This document shows positions 58,607 through 64,000 of a stretch of 64,000 nucleotides of DNA, piece by piece. The stretch is from the NCBI GenBank assembly GCA_025062195.1, contig JANXAS010000013.1, forward strand, positions 3,501 through 67,500. The letters run 5' to 3'. A program made the position numbers and the translations under genes. The notes under the pieces are model-generated. The model had not been told where the DNA came from. It was given only the letters and a program-made list of their open reading frames with translations, and did no database searches. Position 1 is the first letter of the stretch; the number at the start of each line of letters is the position of its first letter. This DNA is from Armatimonadota bacterium. GTDB taxonomy: Bacteria > Armatimonadota > Fervidibacteria > Fervidibacterales > Thermosaccharophagaceae.

Positions 58607-58820
58607 GGTGGACTATGCCTCAACTGTGTTTACACTCCCTGTTCAAGATTTTGTTTGCGCTAAGTTATCCGTGCCACTGGCATTAGCCATCGGTTGATGA
58701 CGAAAAAATAGAGCAAAATTTGCTCGGTTAAGAAATTCTGACCTATGTAGCATCATGGCTTATCCACGACGGTCATTAAATTTCTTAGCCCCAAATTAGC
58801 GACGCTAAATTGAGGGACTC
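58607..58820 (+). repeat. Repeat A, copy 2
   Basis: Colinear with 54351-54567. Confidence 0.85.
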
Positions 58821-58880
58821 CCACTCTTTCGTGACTATAAATTGAGCCTGCCAGAGCCATTTTGCAAACTTTTTGGAATT

Positions 58881-60191
58881 TTATCCGCCATTTTGGTTTT
58901 CTTGTCTTTCCCTCACATTCCGTATCATCCATGAGCCGATGGCAAAGTAAATGACGCACATTACGAAGACTAATCTCCAACCAACACCCTTTCCGAGAAC
59001 TTGGTTTCCAAAATCACCAACGAAACCACCAATAAAACTGGAAGTAGCCTGTGGCAAAGTGAATGCAATGTGAAATACAGCCATAAACTTTGCAGCCCAC
59101 TCCCTTGGGACTAAATTACATGCCAAAGCCCAATCAACAGCGCTAAATGCACCAAAGCCTGCTCCGAGAATTGCTGCCGCAATCATTGCCAGAACTTTTG
59201 AGTTTGCGCACACGAATATTATGCCGCCAAATATCGCAATTGAGCAGGAAAAAAATATGATCATCCTTTTGCTGTATTTATCGGCAAGTTTTCCCGCCGG
59301 AAATATTGAGATGGCACTCCCGCATATCGCACAGATGCCAATTATAGCTGTATCAAAGACCACTTTCTCACTAAAAAGCGTATCACGAACATACCATCTT
59401 AAGAACGGTATTGAGCCATAAACGCCCATTTGTATGAGGAAGCGAGAAGCAAATAGCCACATAAAGCTTCTATGTCCAATCACATCCTTAAAATTCATTG
59501 CCGAGAGAATTTGTCCAATAAACCTCGTTGTTTTCCTTTCAGCTTCTCGAGCCGATTCTTTGATCAAAACAGCCGTCAAAATTGCCACAATAAACAAAAG
59601 AAGCCAAGAGCAAAAAATTATGGCTGATAATGCCAATTCTGTTGCATGCACTGAAATCCTGCCAAGAAAAACTATGCAAATTGCCATGCCAGCAAGATTA
59701 CCAATTAGCGCCCACATCGCCATGTATGCCGATGCTATCCCATGTTTACTTCCGGGCAAAATATCCGGAATAAGGGCTTGAAAGGATGCAGCAGCACAAT
59801 TTATCGCAAACTGCAGCAGCGCAAAGTTTAATACCAATACGTCAAACCTTCCGGTGTGAAGGAAAAGGTAAACCGGGAAGAAAGCAAACAAAGTCCCCAT
59901 TATCAATGGCAACCGTCTTCGGATGGCACTCCATGGCAATGTATCGCTTATTGGACCAACCACAAGCTGCGTTAAAGTTGAAACGAGGGCACCAATAAAG
60001 TTTAGCCACCCAAGTGCTCTTCCTACAACCCACTCTTCAACCAAGCCCTCAATTCGGATTTGTAGCCCATGGACGAGCAAAATGCTCCAGAAAATGTTGA
60101 ACGGTAACCACCATAGCGTAACTCCAAGCAATGTCCTCAATGTCGGCTCAGCCTTATGCCCCATATTCCCCGATTTTGGTTCCCTCAGCAC
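58881..60191 (-). CDS. MFS transporter
   Basis: About 12 hydrophobic segments; GPISD...RRR, ALIPD, GKLADKYSKR and VDWALA. Confidence 0.9.
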   Translation of the reverse strand: MLREPKSGNMGHKAEPTLRTLLGVTLWWLPFNIFWSILLVHGLQIRIEGLVEEWVVGRALGWLNFIGALVSTLTQLVVGPISDTLPWSAIRRRLPLIMGTLFAFFPVYLFLHTGRFDVLVLNFALLQFAINCAAASFQALIPDILPGSKHGIASAYMAMWALIGNLAGMAICIVFLGRISVHATELALSAIIFCSWLLLFIVAILTAVLIKESAREAERKTTRFIGQILSAMNFKDVIGHRSFMWLFASRFLIQMGVYGSIPFLRWYVRDTLFSEKVVFDTAIIGICAICGSAISIFPAGKLADKYSKRMIIFFSCSIAIFGGIIFVCANSKVLAMIAAAILGAGFGAFSAVDWALACNLVPREWAAKFMAVFHIAFTLPQATSSFIGGFVGDFGNQVLGKGVGWRLVFVMCVIYFAIGSWMIRNVRERQENQNGG

Positions 60192-60200
60192 ATGAAATCC

Positions 60201-61682
60201 CTACCCCATAATGACTACTATTTCGTCGCCAATTCCGCCGGCTTTTTCTATGGCGAATTTTGCATCCTTTGGTATTGGTTGATGTGGTCCACCTTTGACA
60301 TAAATAGGTGGCTCAATATCCAAACGAACACCTTGCTCAATCAATTTTGCCCGTAAAGCTTGGACATCAACTTGCCTTGGCGTGACATTTTTCCGAATTG
60401 AAATTGCAGCAGCAGTCCCTGCAGCTTGCCCCATCGTCATACATGTGAAAATCAACCTTGCACCAGATTGAGCCTCAAATGTTGAAGAGAGACACCTTCC
60501 AGCTACAAGCAAATTCTCAACATTCAATGGCACTAAGCATCGGTATGGAATTTCATAGTATTCGCCGGGTCTAAGATAAGCATCATACATCCCTGCTTTT
60601 TCCTCGCTTGGGAAACAAACTGCTGGTTCTTTTGGCTCTTTCAAGTGAGTATGCTTGATATGAGGCAAATCAGTCGGATTGTGGATGTCAAAGCCATGAG
60701 TATCACGGGCAATAGCATCCTCAAACTTCCTTGCGAGCACAATATCCTCAGCAGTTAGCACATATTCCCCAATAATTCTCCTTGAATCACGGATGCCAAG
60801 CATTGGCGCACTGTAGACAAGCCGGCAATTCTCAAATCCTGGCACATATTTCCTGTAAAACTCCACAATTTCCCTCATCTGCCTCCTTTGCTCTATAGCA
60901 ATTCTTGTTAAATCCTCAGCATCTGTAGTGCGACAATTTCGGCTATGAGCTGAACAAACATAGACCTCGCAGCCTTCAGGTTGCCTTCCGGGCAACGGTC
61001 CAAGGTAGCCAGTTTCCACAAGTTTTGAAAGAACTCCTTCCTCCACAGCTTTGAAGGCAATTTCCTGCAGATAGTTATACCAGCGCTTGACCGAGCTTTG
61101 GAACTTATGCCAATCAACATTTGCGAGGACGAAATCCAAAGAAACAGCCTGATTATAGCCACCTTTTTCATCCCAGCCGACTTCAAAAGGTGCTCCAGCA
61201 TATGCTGCTACATCGCCATCCCCGGAGCAATCTACAACTCTTTCAGCTAAAATAGCCTGTATTCCTGATTTGTTATGAACGATGACACCTTTAATAACAC
61301 CACCTTCAACTATGCTGTCAATCGCCATCGTGCCGTAGAGAATGCGAGCGCCAGATTCCATGACCATCTCCTCAAGAATATGCTTTGTTTTTTCCGGATC
61401 GGCAATTCGTCTTTGCGGGCTAACCGCACCCACCTCCGTTAACCTTTCAAGCAATTCATTCCCAATTCCTTCCGGATAACCAGCCAAATAGCACACATAG
61501 CCGAGCGTTACCAATCCGCCAAGCGCAAATTGTCCCTCAATAAGCAGTGTATTCATTCCATTTCTTGCCGAAGAAATTGCCGCAGCTACACCGGCAACGC
61601 CACCACCAACGACCAAAACATCAACCTTCTCTTTGACTTTCACTTCTTTGGACCATTTAAGCGAATTTTTCACCAAAATCAC
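60201..61682 (-). CDS. FAD-dependent oxidoreductase
   Basis: DVLVVGGGVAG, DCSGDGD, GIRDSRRI.GEY.L, YEIPYRCL and VAGRC. Confidence 0.88.
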   Translation of the reverse strand: MILVKNSLKWSKEVKVKEKVDVLVVGGGVAGVAAAISSARNGMNTLLIEGQFALGGLVTLGYVCYLAGYPEGIGNELLERLTEVGAVSPQRRIADPEKTKHILEEMVMESGARILYGTMAIDSIVEGGVIKGVIVHNKSGIQAILAERVVDCSGDGDVAAYAGAPFEVGWDEKGGYNQAVSLDFVLANVDWHKFQSSVKRWYNYLQEIAFKAVEEGVLSKLVETGYLGPLPGRQPEGCEVYVCSAHSRNCRTTDAEDLTRIAIEQRRQMREIVEFYRKYVPGFENCRLVYSAPMLGIRDSRRIIGEYVLTAEDIVLARKFEDAIARDTHGFDIHNPTDLPHIKHTHLKEPKEPAVCFPSEEKAGMYDAYLRPGEYYEIPYRCLVPLNVENLLVAGRCLSSTFEAQSGARLIFTCMTMGQAAGTAAAISIRKNVTPRQVDVQALRAKLIEQGVRLDIEPPIYVKGGPHQPIPKDAKFAIEKAGGIGDEIVVIMG

Positions 61683-61757
61683 CTCCCAAGAAATGGGCGG
61701 ACTTTAGCCTGCCAGAAAATTGACAATAAAAAGCCAATGATGTGAGCAACTTTGTAG

Positions 61758-62052
61758 CCACTTTGTGCCACAAAATTCAGTTCAACTTTGTTGGACTCAA
61801 CTTGAACACAATATGAGCACACTGTAGAATTTTATGGCACAAAACTGTTCAAATTCGCAATAGCTGAATTATCACGAAAAAAGTTCAAACTTCTTGCTTC
61901 TTGCACCACAAAATTCGGTTCAATTTTGCTGGGCTTAACCTTGCGCAATAAAACTCTGTTCAATTTTACCGCGCTTAACTTGAACACAACAAGAATGCAT
62001 TGTAAAACTTTAGAGCACAAAATTGCTCAAACATGCAATGGCTGAGTTATCC
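61758..62052. repeat. Degenerate tandem duplication (~115-150 bp units)
   Basis: ccacaaaattc.gttcaa.tttg.tgg.ct.aac...ttgaacacaa...gcacaaaa.tg.tcaaa...gcaat.gctga.ttatc occurs twice; the second unit carries an extra internal duplicated segment. Confidence 0.7.
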
Positions 62053-62148
62053 GAACTCTTGCAACTTCAGCATCAGATAAACATCCCGCTTTTTGCAGCA
62101 AAGTCGCAAGTTATTACACAAGAAGTTTTATACACACAACAATTGCTA

Positions 62149-64000
62149 TCATCTACTTACAACCCATAGCGCAAAATCTCGCCCCAATTCCGCAATTTGA
62201 ACCGATAATTTTCCATTAAGGCATTTTGCGTGGTAATCCGCTTCTATCCCACTCTTCCATGTGTTCCACTGAACAACACGATAATTTCCGTCCTTTAATC
62301 CAAGAACTTCAAACCGAATGTTTTTCAGGACCTGTTCATTTTCATTTTTTTGCTCCCTTGCAACTTGAAAATTGCTATGTTGATTGTGCACCCAGATGAG
62401 TGCCATTTTGTCTGTCTGCAAGCCAATGATGTCAACTTCGGCATACCTTCGGTCACGATAAGGCGAAAATCGGATATACGAAATAGTGCACCAATCAGCG
62501 CCTTGATTGTCAAGTTCAATTGTGTGCTTCCCTTTCGGAATTGGCGCTATAAACTCTCGCTCGTAAATGTAGTCCCACTTTTTCCATGCTGTATCCCATC
62601 GTCTTTGTTTGTAACTGCCCTCACGATAGGTTCGCCCTTGCTCGTCCTTTCGTTCCTCTCCCTCAGGCAAAACTTGCCTCCAAACTTCTTTGCCATCAAC
62701 TCGGACAATCAACACCGCATTTGATGAGACGGTGCCAACTTGAAGAGCCATCACGCCATCCTGAGGGAAGTCAACAACAAATTTTGGTGGGCGATAAAGG
62801 TCGGGTTTGCTCGGCGAAAACAGAAAAACGCTTGTCTCGCCATCGCCCTCAACCTTTCCATCCCTGTGCACAACGAAGGTGTCCCCAGTTGGGCGCTGCC
62901 AACCCAATGTCAGCGCAAAGAACAAATCGCCAAAAGGTATATCTGGCGGAGTTTCAAGCATCGGCTCAGTGTGCTGCAATGGTCGCCAATCTTGAAGCCA
63001 AGCTTTACCAACCAAATTGACAAAATCTGCAACTGGGCGAAAATGATGCCAAAGGTTAAGCCTGTCAATGTAGTTATCCCAATACCAAACGCAAGCAGTT
63101 CCCATACCACCACTCATCAACGATGACCACACGCCATTGTGCCAATGCAAGGCATTCCCCTTAGGGTCGTAAGTTAGGTCGCTTGTTCGCCAATCAATTC
63201 CAAACTCGCCAAGCAAGAAAGGTTTGCGATAGCGCTGCAAATGCAAGCGATGAATTTTGAAAATTCTCTCTACGCAATCCCTTTGGCTTCCATCGCCATA
63301 CCAATGAGTTTGCGTAAAGTCCATTTCAGGCAACTGCCAAACAGCATCGTCGCCGTAAGTGGTCGTTAGCAAATGACCGTAAATGTCAATGCTGCGCATA
63401 TATTGAGCCATCTCTTGAATCCAATGGGCAGGTGCATAAACTTCGTTCCAAAACTCAAAAGCGAGGACATTTGGGCTGTGAGCGTAACGGGCTACGATGT
63501 AACGAAGGCGTTGTTTGTAAAATCGTCGTGCTTCAGGGTTCGTCCAAAAATCCGAAGGCTTATCGCACGGACCGCCGCTTTTGCGGTTGTATGGATTTTT
63601 GTCCCATGCTTGCTCGCCGAAGTAAAGGGGTCTGTCAGCCAGTTCGCCGTGATAGCCTAAACAAAGCATCAGGTAAACTCCGTTGCGTTCAGCAATGCGT
63701 ATAAGTTCGTCAATTCTCCAAGCATTGTCAAGGGCGTATTTGCCCAAACCAAGATACATTCCACTACCGTCGCCCGGTGTCCATTCCAAGCCCATGTTCC
63801 AACGGACAAGCCAGATGCGTGCAAAATTTGCTCCGTTTTGACCCATTGAAGAGAACCATTTTTCGTAAAGGCTCAAATCGTTGCCTGACCAGCAGACATT
63901 CAAGCCAACAGGCACAAAAGGCGTCCCGTCATCAAATTGCAAATGCAAAAACTTGCCCTTGCGAACGAAACCTTTCGCCTTTGGGTTGGGCAAAACTTGC
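62149..64000 (-). CDS. Clan GH-A (GH5-like, DUF5060-type) glycoside hydrolase; 5' end outside the window
   Basis: GANFARIW, RYIVARY, FEFWNEV (acid/base) and LLGEFG (nucleophile). Confidence 0.8.
   Translation of the reverse strand, partial: QVLPNPKAKGFVRKGKFLHLQFDDGTPFVPVGLNVCWSGNDLSLYEKWFSSMGQNGANFARIWLVRWNMGLEWTPGDGSGMYLGLGKYALDNAWRIDELIRIAERNGVYLMLCLGYHGELADRPLYFGEQAWDKNPYNRKSGGPCDKPSDFWTNPEARRFYKQRLRYIVARYAHSPNVLAFEFWNEVYAPAHWIQEMAQYMRSIDIYGHLLTTTYGDDAVWQLPEMDFTQTHWYGDGSQRDCVERIFKIHRLHLQRYRKPFLLGEFGIDWRTSDLTYDPKGNALHWHNGVWSSLMSGGMGTACVWYWDNYIDRLNLWHHFRPVADFVNLVGKAWLQDWRPLQHTEPMLETPPDIPFGDLFFALTLGWQRPTGDTFVVHRDGKVEGDGETSVFLFSPSKPDLYRPPKFVVDFPQDGVMALQVGTVSSNAVLIVRVDGKEVWRQVLPEGEERKDEQGRTYREGSYKQRRWDTAWKKWDYIYEREFIAPIPKGKHTIELDNQGADWCTISYIRFSPYRDRRYAEVDIIGLQTDKMALIWVHNQHSNFQVAREQKNENEQVLKNIRFEVLGLKDGNYRVVQWNTWKSGIEADYHAKCLNGKLSVQIAELGRDFALWVVSR

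Overview
This is bacterial chromosomal DNA, mostly housekeeping and carbohydrate-active genes. The gene content (secreted clan GH-A hydrolases, an H-X9-DG prepilin-family fragment, Tat-exported oxidoreductases, a UROD-family protein) suggests an Armatimonadota/Fervidibacteria-like organism, which is inference only. Core genes include CIRCE-groES-groEL, dnaG plus a sigma70 factor, smc, lgt, tadA with four tRNAs (Ser-GCT, Arg-ACG, Arg-CCG, Arg-CCT), moaCB, udp, rfbD, a fatty acid-CoA ligase, glcF, tldD, acpS, fabG, thiC, thiD, and an orphan nuoB-nuoI pair. I found no CRISPR array, prophage, integrase or transposase. The main unexplained signals are: (i) a dispersed, modular family of GTAG-type REP/REPIN-like non-coding elements with at least 7 copies and a compensatory stem change; (ii) two candidate structured RNAs, at about 3330-3520 and 25860-26050; (iii) a free-standing minimal LAGLIDADG protein; (iv) a clostripain-family protein whose catalytic Cys is Ser; (v) a divergent sigma70 in the rpoD position; (vi) an orphan H-X9-DG C-terminal fragment; (vii) a CsoR-like protein lacking metal ligands. 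All calls come from motif recognition by eye; no database search was run. Several start codons were moved from the ORF track to better RBS-supported positions.
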